A stretch of DNA of 54,045 bases from Rhodopila sp. (GTDB lineage Bacteria > Pseudomonadota > Alphaproteobacteria > Acetobacterales > Acetobacteraceae), in contig DASQVN010000108.1 in NCBI GenBank assembly GCA_035640755.1, positions 1 to 54,045 of the forward strand. The letters are read 5' to 3'. Made by a program: the position numbers and the translations under genes. Each line of letters starts with the position of its first letter. The stretch's first letter is position 1. Below the pieces are notes generated by a model that ran no database searches, was not told where the DNA came from, and saw only the letters and a list, made by a program, of their open reading frames with translations. Below are positions 39,520-50,214 of this stretch, one piece after another.

Positions 39520-42500
39520 ATGACCACCTCCACGACCGCCATGCCCAGCGCCGCCGCGCCCGATAGGGCGGCGTTGCGGCCCGCGCCAATCAACATCTAT
39601 CATCTGCATCCGCTTGTTGCGGGGCGGCTGGAAGCTTGGCCGGCGTTGTTCGATCACATCGCCAGCATGGGCTTCAGCCATGTATGCATGGCACCGCCAT
39701 TTGAGCCCGGCCCGAGCGGCGATATCTTTGTCCACGCAACCTTCGAGCGGCTTCATCCGATACTGGGCGCCGCCGTCTCAGCAGAACAAGGCTTGGCACA
39801 GGCAGTCCGGTCCGCTGAGCAGGCCGGGCTCAAACTCATGCTCGATATCGCTCCGGCCAGCATTGTAGCCGAATCGTCTCTGCACCAGGGCCATCAGGAC
39901 TGGTTCGCCGCCGCCGGCCCGCAGGATATTGCGGACCCGCGCCATGCGCCCTATCGCGTCGACGTCGCCGTGCCGCGTTTCGAGCGAACGGATGTCACCG
40001 ATTCCGCGTCGGAGTGGTGGTTAGGCCTGCTGCGGCGCTTCGCTTCGCTGGGTATCGCCGGATTCCGATGCCTGACTCTGAACCACACACCCGCAGCCTT
40101 GTGGCGCAGAATCCGCCAAGGCTGCGCCGGCTCCTTGTTGCTGGCCTGGACCCCAGGGGTGGAGTGGCGTCTGTTTCGTGATCTGGCCGGCTGCGGTTTT
40201 GATCTGACGTGCTCCTCCGCCGGCTGGTGGGATGGCCGCGCCGAGTGGTTCCTGGAGGAACACGCCGCACTGTCCTGGATTGCGCCGGTGCTCGCGGAAC
40301 CCGAACCGTCATTCCTGCAACGCCTGACGCACCGGCTGCCACACGACGCCAACATCCCCACATCATACCGGCTTGCCTTGGGCATCGCTATGGCCACAGG
40401 TGCTGGCCTGTTCCTCCCGATGGGGTTCGAATATGCGGCACGCCGCCCCTTTGACGTGGCACGCGCGGGCCCAGCCGATATGGATGCAGTCCGCGCCGAG
40501 GCGGCGGCCGATCTGACCGAAGACATCCGAGGCGCCATACGGGCGAACGCAGGCCTGCCTCTGCCGCGGATACTTCGCTCGATCGGCACCTGCGACTCGC
40601 CGATTACGGCGCTGCTCCGCAGTGATGCCGCCGATCTCCGCGATGCACGCGGCGCAACGTTGGTCTTGATCAACACCGACACACAGCGTCCAGCCGGCAT
40701 TGATGTGCCACTGGCGCCGTTGCCCGCTGCGGCCGGCGCGGCGCTGATCGCCGACACAACCGAGGTAGGGGTAATGGAGCCCGGCGAGACGCGACTCCTC
40801 CGCTGCAGGCGCGCCTCGGAGATCATGAGTTCTCCGCCCGTCCTGGAGCAGAGCTGGGCGGAAACGACGCGCATTGCAGTAGAGAACGTACAGCCCACCG
40901 TCCCAGGCGGGAACTTCCCGGCAAAGACCGTTATCGGCCGAGATGTGGGTGTCGCCGCCGATGTCGTCGGCGATGGTCACGATGTCCTGGCGGCGGATCT
41001 GCTCTGGCGGGCCGACGACGAGGCATCCTGGCACCGCGTCACTATGCGGAAGCTGGTAAATGACCGGTGGGAAGCCATCTTTCGTCCGGATCGGATCGGA
41101 CTCTACCATTTTGCGGTCGAAGGCTGGTGGGATCGGTGGGGCACTTACGTCCATGACATGCACGCCAAGCTGGCCGCAGGCCAGCCGGTGGAACTGGAAA
41201 TCGAGGAAGGGCGCCAGCTTGTCAGGGAAGCCCTGCCACGTATCGATGGCGAAGCCAGGATACGGCTATGCGAACTGCTCGACCGGCCTCCAAACGCCGA
41301 CTATCTTCTCTCCCTCAGCGTCACTGCCGCAATGCAGCAGGCTGATACCCGGCCTTTTGCAACCCGGAGCCCAATCAACTCGATTCGCGTCGATCGTCCG
41401 GCTGCCGAATTTGCATCCTGGTATGAGCTGTTCCCTCGCTCAGCCACCCACGATCCGAAGGTGCACGGCACATTCCGTTCGGTGATCGAACGGCTGCCCG
41501 ATATTCGGGCCATGGGGTTTGATGTCCTGTATTTTCCGCCGATCCACCCGATCGGCAGGATCAATCGCAAAGGGCGCAACAACAGTCTGAGGGCAGAGGC
41601 AGGCGACGTCGGCAGCCCCTATGCGATCGGCAGCAGCGAAGGCGGCCATGATGCCGTTAACCCGTTGCTCGGAACGCTGGACGATTTCCAGGTGCTGCAG
41701 CGCGAGGCGCATGCACATGGGCTTGAGCTGGCATTGGACTTCGCCATTCAGTGCGCTCCCGATCACCCTTGGCTCAGCCAGCACAAGGATTGGTTCCGCT
41801 GGCGTCCTGATGGGTCCATCCGCTACGCCGAGAACCCACCAAAGAAGTATGAGGACATCGTCAACCCCGATTTCTATGGATCTGCCGCTTTTCCTGCCGT
41901 CTGGGTCGCACTGAGAGACGTGATCCGGTTCTGGGTCGATCAAGGCGTCCGTATCTTCCGAGTGGACAACCCTCATACAAAGCCCTTGCCATTCTGGCAG
42001 TGGATGATTGCAGACATTCAGAGCAGCAATCCGGATGTCCTGTTCCTCTCGGAAGCCTTCACCCGCCCGAAGCTGATGTACCGGTTGGCCAAGATCGGCT
42101 TCTCCCAGTCGTACACATACTTCACCTGGCGCAACACCAAGCAGGAGATCACCGATTACCTGACCGAACTAACCTCACCCCCTGTTGCAGACTTCTTCAG
42201 GCCGAATTTTTTCGTCAATACGCCCGATATCAACCCGTTTTTCCTGCAGACCTCAGGCCGTCCGGGCTTCCTGATCCGCGCCGCACTGGCCGCAACTCTG
42301 TCCGGCTTATGGGGCATCTATTCCGGATTTGAGATTTGCGAGTCGGTGCCGCTGCCGGGTCGCGAGGAGTATCTGAATTCCGAGAAATACGAGATTCGTC
42401 CAAGAGACTATCATGCGCCCGGGAACATTGTTGCCGAGATTGCGGCACTGAACCGGATTCGACGCCAGAATCCGGCGTTGCAAACCCATCGGGGTGTCCG

Positions 42501-42786
42501 GTTCTACGCCGCGCACAACGATCAGATCATCCTGTATGGTAAGCGCGATCCGGGTGGCTCCAACCTGATTCTGGCCGCGGTTAGCTTCGACCCGCATCAT
42601 GCACAGGATGCCGACATCGAAGTCCCCGTATGGGAGCTTGGTCTGGGTGACTATGACCCGGTTGCCGTCACCGAGTTGATGCACGGTGACAAGTTTACGT
42701 GGTACGGCAAAAATCAGCGCATTCGCCTCGATCCAGGCCACACGCCATTTCATATATGGCGCTTGTCGAGGGTTGGAGCGACTTAG
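39520..42786 (+). CDS. glgE: Alpha-1,4-glucan:maltose-1-phosphate maltosyltransferase GlgE with extra N-terminal degenerate GH13 domain
   Basis: WYELFPRS, YFPPIHPIG, GSPYAIG, ENPPKKYEDI, FRVDNPHTKP, FLSEAF, NTPDI; start 39520 or 39541. Confidence 0.93.
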   Translation: MTTSTTAMPSAAAPDRAALRPAPINIYHLHPLVAGRLEAWPALFDHIASMGFSHVCMAPPFEPGPSGDIFVHATFERLHPILGAAVSAEQGLAQAVRSAEQAGLKLMLDIAPASIVAESSLHQGHQDWFAAAGPQDIADPRHAPYRVDVAVPRFERTDVTDSASEWWLGLLRRFASLGIAGFRCLTLNHTPAALWRRIRQGCAGSLLLAWTPGVEWRLFRDLAGCGFDLTCSSAGWWDGRAEWFLEEHAALSWIAPVLAEPEPSFLQRLTHRLPHDANIPTSYRLALGIAMATGAGLFLPMGFEYAARRPFDVARAGPADMDAVRAEAAADLTEDIRGAIRANAGLPLPRILRSIGTCDSPITALLRSDAADLRDARGATLVLINTDTQRPAGIDVPLAPLPAAAGAALIADTTEVGVMEPGETRLLRCRRASEIMSSPPVLEQSWAETTRIAVENVQPTVPGGNFPAKTVIGRDVGVAADVVGDGHDVLAADLLWRADDEASWHRVTMRKLVNDRWEAIFRPDRIGLYHFAVEGWWDRWGTYVHDMHAKLAAGQPVELEIEEGRQLVREALPRIDGEARIRLCELLDRPPNADYLLSLSVTAAMQQADTRPFATRSPINSIRVDRPAAEFASWYELFPRSATHDPKVHGTFRSVIERLPDIRAMGFDVLYFPPIHPIGRINRKGRNNSLRAEAGDVGSPYAIGSSEGGHDAVNPLLGTLDDFQVLQREAHAHGLELALDFAIQCAPDHPWLSQHKDWFRWRPDGSIRYAENPPKKYEDIVNPDFYGSAAFPAVWVALRDVIRFWVDQGVRIFRVDNPHTKPLPFWQWMIADIQSSNPDVLFLSEAFTRPKLMYRLAKIGFSQSYTYFTWRNTKQEITDYLTELTSPPVADFFRPNFFVNTPDINPFFLQTSGRPGFLIRAALAATLSGLWGIYSGFEICESVPLPGREEYLNSEKYEIRPRDYHAPGNIVAEIAALNRIRRQNPALQTHRGVRFYAAHNDQIILYGKRDPGGSNLILAAVSFDPHHAQDADIEVPVWELGLGDYDPVAVTELMHGDKFTWYGKNQRIRLDPGHTPFHIWRLSRVGAT

Positions 42787-42787
42787 A

Positions 42788-45700
42788 ATGAATGTGGGCC
42801 ACCCGCGTCCGCGGATCGTCCAGGCGGAAGTCACGGATCCGCTCTGGTTCAAGGACGCGATCATCTATCAATTGCACGTAAAGTCGTTTTACGATTCCAA
42901 CAACGACGGCGTCGGCGATTTCGCGGGCCTGATCGAACGCCTCGATTACATTTCCGCGCTCGGGGTCAACACGATCTGGTTGTTGCCGTTTTACCCCTCG
43001 CCTCGGCTGGATGACGGCTATGACATCGCCGACTACCGCGGCGTCCACCCCGACTACGGGACGTTGGCAGATGTGAAGCGGTTCATCGCTGCCGCGCACG
43101 AGCGCCATATTCGCGTTATCGTGGAACTGGTCGTGAACCATACCTCTGACCAGCATCCCTGGTTCCAGCGCGCTCGGCAATCGAAGCCCGGATCGATCTA
43201 TCGCGACTTCTACGTCTGGAGCGAGGACGACCGGAAATATGCCGGCACCCGCATCATCTTTGTTGATTCGGAACGGTCGAACTGGACATGGGATGAAACA
43301 GCCAAGGCCTATTATTGGCACCGCTTCTATCATCATCAGCCGGACCTGAACTTCGACAACCCCCGCGTCATGCGGGAGGTCCTGTCCGTCCTGCGCTATT
43401 GGGCGGAACTCGGTGTTGACGGCCTAAGGCTGGATGCCGTGCCATACTTGGTGGAGAGGGAGGGCACAAACAACGAAAATATTCCTGAGACGCATGCAGT
43501 CCTGAAGCGGATCCGGGCCGAACTCGACACGCATTATCCAGACAAGATGCTGCTGGCGGAAGCCAACCAATGGCCCGAGGACACCAAGGATTATTTTGGA
43601 AACGGCGACGAATGCCACATGGCATTCCACTTTCCGCTGATGCCACGAATGTATATGGCAATCGCACGCGAAGATCGCTTTCCCATCACCGACATTCTGC
43701 GTCAGACGCCGGACATTCCGCCGAACTGCCAGTGGGCCATCTTCCTGCGCAACCATGATGAGTTGACGCTGGAAATGGTGACAAAATCCGAACGCGACTT
43801 CCTGTGGGAGACCTATGCCTCGGATCGCCGAGCACGGATCAACCTTGGAATTCGTCGTCGGCTCGCACCGCTGCTGGAACGCGACCGGCGACGAATCGAG
43901 TTGATGAATTATCTGCTGCTGTCCATGCCCGGAACGCCGGTTATATACTATGGTGACGAGATCGGCATGGGCGACAACATCCATCTCGGCGACCGAAACG
44001 GTGTGCGCACGCCTATGCAATGGTCTCCCGATCGCAACGGCGGCTTTTCCCGTGTTGCCGACCCATCCAGGCTCGTCCTGCCGATGGTCATGGACCCGCT
44101 CTATGCCTATCAGACAATCAATGTAGAGATGCAGGCAGCGGATCCGCACTCGCTGCTGATGTGGATGCGACGGACCATCGCGATCCGGCGCCAGTACCAG
44201 GTCTTCGGCCGCGGCAGCTATCGACTGCTCTACCCGAAGAACCGCAAGATTCTCGCCTATCTGCGCGAACATGAGGGCTGCACGATCCTCTGCATCGCCA
44301 ATCTCGCGCGAACACCTCAGGCTGTCGAACTGGACCTGTCCGAGTTTCAGGGGCGCATCCCCATTGAACTGGATGGGCACTCACCGTTTCCGCCCATCGG
44401 CCAGCTGACCTACCTGCTGACGCTACCCCCGTACGGTTTCTACTGGTTCGTCTTGTCGGCAGCCGATGATTGGCCTTCAACCCATACGCCGGCTCCGGAA
44501 CCGATGCCTGAATACCAGACAATCGTCATGCGTCGTGATCTTCCAACCGCACTGACAGCAGCAAAGTCGGTGATCGAGCGCGAAGTCCTGCCCGCTTACC
44601 TTGCGAAACGCCGATGGTTTGCGGCAAAGGATCAAGCCCTGAAGTCGGCCAAGGTCGCCCTGCTGACCCGCCTGCCTACCGAGGAGGCGGCGCTGGTCGA
44701 AATCGAAACGGAAACAGAAATGGGGACGGCACGCTGGCTGTTGCCTTTGGGCATTGTCTGGGGCGACACCGCGCCAGTGCTACCGACACAGCTCGCTCTG
44801 GCACGTGTGCGGCGCGGGCCCGAGGTTGGCTGGCTGACGGATGCGTTCGCGCTTCCGGCATTCCCGAAGACCGTACTCGCAGGTCTCTCACAGAAGGACG
44901 TCATTGCCACCGATCGCGGGGTGATCCGGTTTGAGCCGACATCCCGCATGGCGGACGTGCACGTGCCCGACGATGCCGAGATGCACTGGATTTCCGCCGA
45001 ACAGTCAAATTCCTCGGTGATCGTCGGTAACGTAGCGATCATCAAGCTGTTCCGCCGGGTCACCGATGGGCCCCATCCCGAGGCCGAGATGAGCCGCTAT
45101 CTGACCGAACGGGGCTTCGCAAATACGCCGGCCTTGCTGGGCGAGGTGTTGCGGATCGACCCCAACGGAACGCGGCACGCGCTTGGCAGTGCGCAGGCCT
45201 TCGTGCGCAACCAGGGTGATGCCTGGACGTGGACCACGGACCTGCTGCTGCGCGAACTTTCTGATCTGACCGTCGACGACGACACGACCACTTCGCTCGA
45301 CATAAGCCATGCCGACTATGTCCAGTTCGCCCACCTCCTCGGTCGGCGCCTGGCTGAAATGCATGTCATCCTTTCGAAGCCATCGTCCGAGCGAGCGTTT
45401 AATCCGCAACAGGGGTCGCGGGAAACACGCGACACCATCCTGGATCAGGTACTGACTCAGCTCGAGACTGCCTATCGCGGTATCGAGAATGTCGAGGGCC
45501 TGGACACGGGGGGCGAGCATGAGCGCAATATGCTGCTCTCTTCTTATGATGCTTTGTTCGCTCAGCTTACCAGACTTGCGGGTGCCCTGACTGGATCGAC
45601 CTTGATCCGGATCCACGGCGACCTGCACCTCGGCCAAGTGTTGGTCTGCAATGGCGACGTGATGATCATCGACTTTGAAGGTGAGCCGGCCAAACCGATT

Positions 45701-46081
45701 GAGGTACGACGGAGCAAGACACACCCCCTCCGGGACGTTGCCGGCATGATTCGCTCATTCGATTATGCCGCGGCAGTTGTAAAGCGCCGCAGCCAGAGCA
45801 GTCACGCGCACCTGACCAACGATAAGATTATGCCGTTCCTCGATGGGTTCGTTGTGCGAGCTACCGCCGGCTTCCTCGACGGCTACCAGGAAGCAGTCGC
45901 CGCAAATGAGTGTCAGGCAGCACTCTCAGTCGATCCACAATTGCTGGATTTCTTCTTGATCGAAAAGGCGGCCTACGAAGTCGCTTATGAAGCGGCCAAC
46001 CGGCCGACCTGGATCGATGTACCTCTCCATGGCCTGGCGGAATGCGCTCGTCATCTGCTGGGAATCGAGGCCACCGCATGA
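42788..46081 (+). CDS. treS: Trehalose synthase TreS fused to maltokinase (Mak/Pep2)
   Basis: [36 protein letters not shown]; C-terminal [26 protein letters not shown]. Confidence 0.96.
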   Translation: MNVGHPRPRIVQAEVTDPLWFKDAIIYQLHVKSFYDSNNDGVGDFAGLIERLDYISALGVNTIWLLPFYPSPRLDDGYDIADYRGVHPDYGTLADVKRFIAAAHERHIRVIVELVVNHTSDQHPWFQRARQSKPGSIYRDFYVWSEDDRKYAGTRIIFVDSERSNWTWDETAKAYYWHRFYHHQPDLNFDNPRVMREVLSVLRYWAELGVDGLRLDAVPYLVEREGTNNENIPETHAVLKRIRAELDTHYPDKMLLAEANQWPEDTKDYFGNGDECHMAFHFPLMPRMYMAIAREDRFPITDILRQTPDIPPNCQWAIFLRNHDELTLEMVTKSERDFLWETYASDRRARINLGIRRRLAPLLERDRRRIELMNYLLLSMPGTPVIYYGDEIGMGDNIHLGDRNGVRTPMQWSPDRNGGFSRVADPSRLVLPMVMDPLYAYQTINVEMQAADPHSLLMWMRRTIAIRRQYQVFGRGSYRLLYPKNRKILAYLREHEGCTILCIANLARTPQAVELDLSEFQGRIPIELDGHSPFPPIGQLTYLLTLPPYGFYWFVLSAADDWPSTHTPAPEPMPEYQTIVMRRDLPTALTAAKSVIEREVLPAYLAKRRWFAAKDQALKSAKVALLTRLPTEEAALVEIETETEMGTARWLLPLGIVWGDTAPVLPTQLALARVRRGPEVGWLTDAFALPAFPKTVLAGLSQKDVIATDRGVIRFEPTSRMADVHVPDDAEMHWISAEQSNSSVIVGNVAIIKLFRRVTDGPHPEAEMSRYLTERGFANTPALLGEVLRIDPNGTRHALGSAQAFVRNQGDAWTWTTDLLLRELSDLTVDDDTTTSLDISHADYVQFAHLLGRRLAEMHVILSKPSSERAFNPQQGSRETRDTILDQVLTQLETAYRGIENVEGLDTGGEHERNMLLSSYDALFAQLTRLAGALTGSTLIRIHGDLHLGQVLVCNGDVMIIDFEGEPAKPIEVRRSKTHPLRDVAGMIRSFDYAAAVVKRRSQSSHAHLTNDKIMPFLDGFVVRATAGFLDGYQEAVAANECQAALSVDPQLLDFFLIEKAAYEVAYEAANRPTWIDVPLHGLAECARHLLGIEATA

Positions 46082-48276
46082 ATGACGTCGTCGTTATCCC
46101 ATCCGTTTCGGGCGAACAGGCTTGGCAGCTCGCGAACGCCGCGCTACGGGATCCGTTTGCAGTTCTGGGCCCCTTCGAAACCGAATATGGCCGCTATATC
46201 CGGGCTTTTCTTCCTGGCGCACGCGGTGTGGACGTCTTCTCTCGCACCGATGGCCGACATCTCGGCACATTGTCTCCCTCGCAGCCGGATGGATTGTTCC
46301 TTGGCCGCGTCGAGCGCGCTGAGCCGTACTGGTTCCGCATCCAGTGGCCCGGGGCCGTGCAGGAAACCGAAGACCCCTACGAGTTCGGCCTGCTGCTGAG
46401 CGAGACTGACCTGCACCTTTTCAACGAGGGGCGGCTATTTGAACTTGCGTTCACATTGGGTGCAAACCCGATAACGATAGACGGCGTGCGGGGAACCCGG
46501 TTCGCCGTTTGGGCCCCGAACGCGCGGGCGGTGGCACTCATAGGTGATTTCAACACATGGGATTCACGTCGCAATCCGATGCGGCTCCGCTTTCCCTCGG
46601 GCGTATGGGAGCTTTTCATCCCCCGGGTCGGACCAGGCGCGCGCTACAAGTTCTCGATAGTCGGTCCTGACGGGAATCGCCTGCCCGACAAAGCGGATCC
46701 TTTGGCAAGAGCTGCCGAGGCGCCGCCAGCCACGGCCTCCATTGTCACTGACGCGGCACCGTATGTGTGGCACGACGACAACTGGATGCAATCTCGGCAT
46801 GGGCGGCACACGCCGGAAGCGGCCCTGTCGATCTATGAAGTTCATGCTGCGTCGTGGTTCCGCCCCGCGCCGGACCAGACCCTGGATTGGGATGGTTTAG
46901 CGCAACGCCTGGTTCCGTATGTCGTCGATATGGGCTTTTCCCATATCGAACTGCTGCCGATCGCCGAGCATCCGTTCGGCGGATCATGGGGATATCAACC
47001 ACTCGGCTTGTTTGCCCCGTCTGGCCGGTTCGGTCCCGCAGAAGGATTTTCCCGGTTCGTTGATACCTGTCACCAGGCCGGTGTAGGCGTCATCGTCGAT
47101 TGGGTGCCGGCGCATTTCCCAACAGACTCTCACGGCCTGGCACGTTTCGATGGCACTGCGTTGTACGAGCATGCCGACCCCAAGGAAGGCTTCCATCAGG
47201 ACTGGGACACCTTCATCTACAATTTTGGCCGGCGGGAAGTTCAGGGGTTCCTGATCGCGAGCGGCGTGCACTGGTTGGAGCATTTCCACGTGGACGGTCT
47301 GCGCGTTGATGCAGTGGCATCCATGCTGTATCGCGACTACAGCCGACGCGAAGGCGAATGGATCCCGAACATCTATGGCGGCCGCGAGAATCTTGAGGCG
47401 ATCGGCTTCTTACGGCACTTCAACTCGGTCGTCGCAGAACGGTGTCCGGGCGCGATGACAGTCGCAGAGGAATCGACGGCTTGGCCTGGGGTGTCACGGC
47501 CCGTGCGCGATGGCGGCCTGGGTTTCACCTTCAAATGGAACATGGGGTGGATGCATGACACGCTCCACTACATGCAATGCGACCCGATCTACCGCCGGTG
47601 GCACCATAACGAAATGACCTTCGGGCTGATCTACGCCTTCTCCGAGAATTTTGTTCTGCCGCTGTCGCACGATGAAGTGGTCTATGGCAAGGGCTCCCTG
47701 ATCCAGAAGATGCCTGGCGATGATTGGCAGCGCTTTGCCAATCTGCGCGCGTATCTCGGGTTCATGTGGGGCCATCCTGGTAAGAAGCTGCTGTTTATGG
47801 GCGGCGAGATTGCCCAGTGGCGGGAGTGGAATCACGACTCCTCGATCGACTGGGGTCTGATCGACCACCCGCCTCATCGGGGCATGCAGATGCTGGTGCG
47901 AGACCTCAACCGGCTTTATCGCAGCACGCCTGCCCTCTATCAGCGAGATGCAGTCCCGGCAGGCTTCCGTTGGGTCGTTGGGAACGACTACACCAATTCG
48001 GTATTCGCCTTCCTCCGCTACGGCAAGGATGATAGCCAAATGGTGCTTGTCGTGTGTAACATGACGCCAACTCCGCAAACCGACTATGGCTTAGGCGTGC
48101 CGCGGCCCGGCTTCTGGCGTGAATTGCTGAACACGGACGCCGCGGTTTATGGCGGCTCTAATATGGGTAACGCTGGCGGCGCTCATACCCAGCCCCATCA
48201 GATGCATGGTGAGGCACAAAGCCTATTCCTTACACTTCCGCCACTCGCGACTATAGCTCTGTCCCTTGGATCCTGA
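46078..48276 (+). CDS. glgB: 1,4-alpha-glucan branching enzyme
   Basis: [43 protein letters not shown]. Confidence 0.97.
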   Translation: MNDVVVIPSVSGEQAWQLANAALRDPFAVLGPFETEYGRYIRAFLPGARGVDVFSRTDGRHLGTLSPSQPDGLFLGRVERAEPYWFRIQWPGAVQETEDPYEFGLLLSETDLHLFNEGRLFELAFTLGANPITIDGVRGTRFAVWAPNARAVALIGDFNTWDSRRNPMRLRFPSGVWELFIPRVGPGARYKFSIVGPDGNRLPDKADPLARAAEAPPATASIVTDAAPYVWHDDNWMQSRHGRHTPEAALSIYEVHAASWFRPAPDQTLDWDGLAQRLVPYVVDMGFSHIELLPIAEHPFGGSWGYQPLGLFAPSGRFGPAEGFSRFVDTCHQAGVGVIVDWVPAHFPTDSHGLARFDGTALYEHADPKEGFHQDWDTFIYNFGRREVQGFLIASGVHWLEHFHVDGLRVDAVASMLYRDYSRREGEWIPNIYGGRENLEAIGFLRHFNSVVAERCPGAMTVAEESTAWPGVSRPVRDGGLGFTFKWNMGWMHDTLHYMQCDPIYRRWHHNEMTFGLIYAFSENFVLPLSHDEVVYGKGSLIQKMPGDDWQRFANLRAYLGFMWGHPGKKLLFMGGEIAQWREWNHDSSIDWGLIDHPPHRGMQMLVRDLNRLYRSTPALYQRDAVPAGFRWVVGNDYTNSVFAFLRYGKDDSQMVLVVCNMTPTPQTDYGLGVPRPGFWRELLNTDAAVYGGSNMGNAGGAHTQPHQMHGEAQSLFLTLPPLATIALSLGS

Positions 48277-48345
48277 GCTCCGCGCAGACCTCGCGATCCC
48301 GTCATGCCCTACTGGAGTGCCTGGGTGCATGTCCCGCAAGTTGCT

Positions 48346-48370
48346 GGAACGGATGGCTTGGACAACCGTT
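48346..48370 (+). promoter_or_regulatory. EcfG promoter upstream of treZ-malQ-treY
   Basis: Exact consensus GGAAC-N16-CGTT in the glgB-treZ intergenic gap. Confidence 0.7.
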
Positions 48371-48480
48371 AATCGGCGAGGTCGCATGATGCCGAAGGAA
48401 AATGGAACCGTCGCCAAAAGCGCGTGACCAGGGGGATCAGCCTTAGCTTCCTTCCCGCGGCATGGAGTAAGGAGCACGAT

Positions 48481-50214
48481 ATGACACCTGACGCGCTGTC
48501 CGCCTGCTCGTTTGGCACGAAACGGTTGTCAAACGGCTCCGTAAGGTTCCGGCTTTGGGCTCCCGCGCAGGAAACCGTCTCGGTGGCTCTGGATGCCGGA
48601 CTCACTCTCGCCATGGAAAGATCCCCTGGCGGTTGGTTCGAAGCGATCGCCGAGGTTCCGGACGGTGCGTTGTATCGCTTTCGCCTCGGCGACGGCACTC
48701 TGGTGCCGGACCCTGCGTCGCGCTGCCAGTCGGCGGATGTTCATGACGCCAGCGTCGTCACCCCTGGCAGCTTTGACTGGAAGCATCCAGACTGGACGGG
48801 CCGTCCGTGGACCGACGCAGTCCTCTATGAGATCCACGCCGGGGCAGCCGGCGGCTTTCGCAACATCAAGGAGGATTTGCCTCGGCTGAAGGAACTTGGC
48901 ATCACCGCCATCGAGCTGATGCCGGTGAACGATTTCCCCGGCCGGCGCAACTGGGGCTATGACGGCGTCCTGCCCTATGCGCCCGATACTGCATATGGCT
49001 CACCGGCTGACCTGAAGGACTTGGTGGACACGGCGCACGGCCTGGGGCTGATGACGTTCCTGGATGTGGTGTACAATCATTTCGGACCTGACGGGAACTA
49101 CATCGCGCTGTATGCGCCGGGTTTCTTCCGCGACGATGTGCAGACGCCTTGGGGTCCCGCGATCGATTTCCGTCGGCCGGAGGTACGGAATTTCTTTACC
49201 TGCAACGCTTTGATGTGGCTGCACGAGTACCGCTTTGACGGTCTGCGCCTTGATGCGGTCCACGCCATCCCGGAGCAAGACTGGGTCGAGGAAATGGCAG
49301 CGACGGTCCGTGCGACCACGCCGCCCGGCCGGCATATTCATCTGGTGCTGGAGCACCATAACGCCGCGTCCCACCTCCGCAAGGCGGTCAACGCCCAGTG
49401 GAATGACGATCTGCACAACGTCATGCATGTGCTGCTAACCGACGAAGCCAGCGGCTACTACGTCGACTATGCTTCAGAACCCGCTGCCAAGCTGGCACAG
49501 TGCCTGGCCGAGGGGTGGTGCTACCAAGGCCAATATTCAAAGTATCTTAAGGCGGCACGTGGTGAGCCATGCGCGGACCTCCCACCATGGTGCCACGTGT
49601 TCTTCCTCCAGAACCATGACCAGATCGGCAATCGCGCGTTCGGAGAACGGCTGACCCGGCTGAGCTCACCCGCAGCACTGGAAGCCGCGATCGCCCTGCA
49701 AATGTTGTGTCCGCAAATTCCCCTGCTGTTCATGGGTGAAGAAAGAGCATCGGCCGCACCGTTCCTGTTCTTCACCGACCACCACGACCAACTGGCCGAT
49801 GCCGTACGGGAGGGACGGCGGAATGAGTTTGCGGGATTTGCCGAATTTGCCGCTCCCGAAAATCGGGAACGCATCCCAGATCCCAATGCGGCCGACACGT
49901 TCATCGCGTCCGTGCCCCGCCCGGATCCAGCAGCAGGGTCCGGGCGGTTCGCACTTTATCAACGTTTAATCGCGCTCCGGATGAAAGAGATCGTCCCCCG
50001 CCTGGATGGTACCGTCACGGCCAAGGCTTGGCCGATCGGCCCCAAGGCTGTTCGGGCACAATGGACGCTCGGCCGCAGTGCGCGTCTTGTGATCGCGACC
50101 AATCTTGGCACTGATCCAGTCAGCTTTGATGCTCCAGCCGGCCGCAAGATCTTCGCGATTGGTAATGAAAATGCCGGCCCAATGACTGCTGCGTATCTGG
50201 AGGAACTGGCATGA
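48481..50214 (+). CDS. treZ: Malto-oligosyltrehalose trehalohydrolase
   Basis: FRLWAP, RNWGYDGV, DVVYNHFGP, RLDAVHAI, QNHDQIGNRA.GERL; RBS AAGGAG. Confidence 0.96.
   Translation: MTPDALSACSFGTKRLSNGSVRFRLWAPAQETVSVALDAGLTLAMERSPGGWFEAIAEVPDGALYRFRLGDGTLVPDPASRCQSADVHDASVVTPGSFDWKHPDWTGRPWTDAVLYEIHAGAAGGFRNIKEDLPRLKELGITAIELMPVNDFPGRRNWGYDGVLPYAPDTAYGSPADLKDLVDTAHGLGLMTFLDVVYNHFGPDGNYIALYAPGFFRDDVQTPWGPAIDFRRPEVRNFFTCNALMWLHEYRFDGLRLDAVHAIPEQDWVEEMAATVRATTPPGRHIHLVLEHHNAASHLRKAVNAQWNDDLHNVMHVLLTDEASGYYVDYASEPAAKLAQCLAEGWCYQGQYSKYLKAARGEPCADLPPWCHVFFLQNHDQIGNRAFGERLTRLSSPAALEAAIALQMLCPQIPLLFMGEERASAAPFLFFTDHHDQLADAVREGRRNEFAGFAEFAAPENRERIPDPNAADTFIASVPRPDPAAGSGRFALYQRLIALRMKEIVPRLDGTVTAKAWPIGPKAVRAQWTLGRSARLVIATNLGTDPVSFDAPAGRKIFAIGNENAGPMTAAYLEELA

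Noticed and set aside
48277-48480. Possible glgX remnant in the glgB-treZ gap
   Set aside because: Only 2-3 residue coincidences (LGA, DGL); better explained as a promoter region
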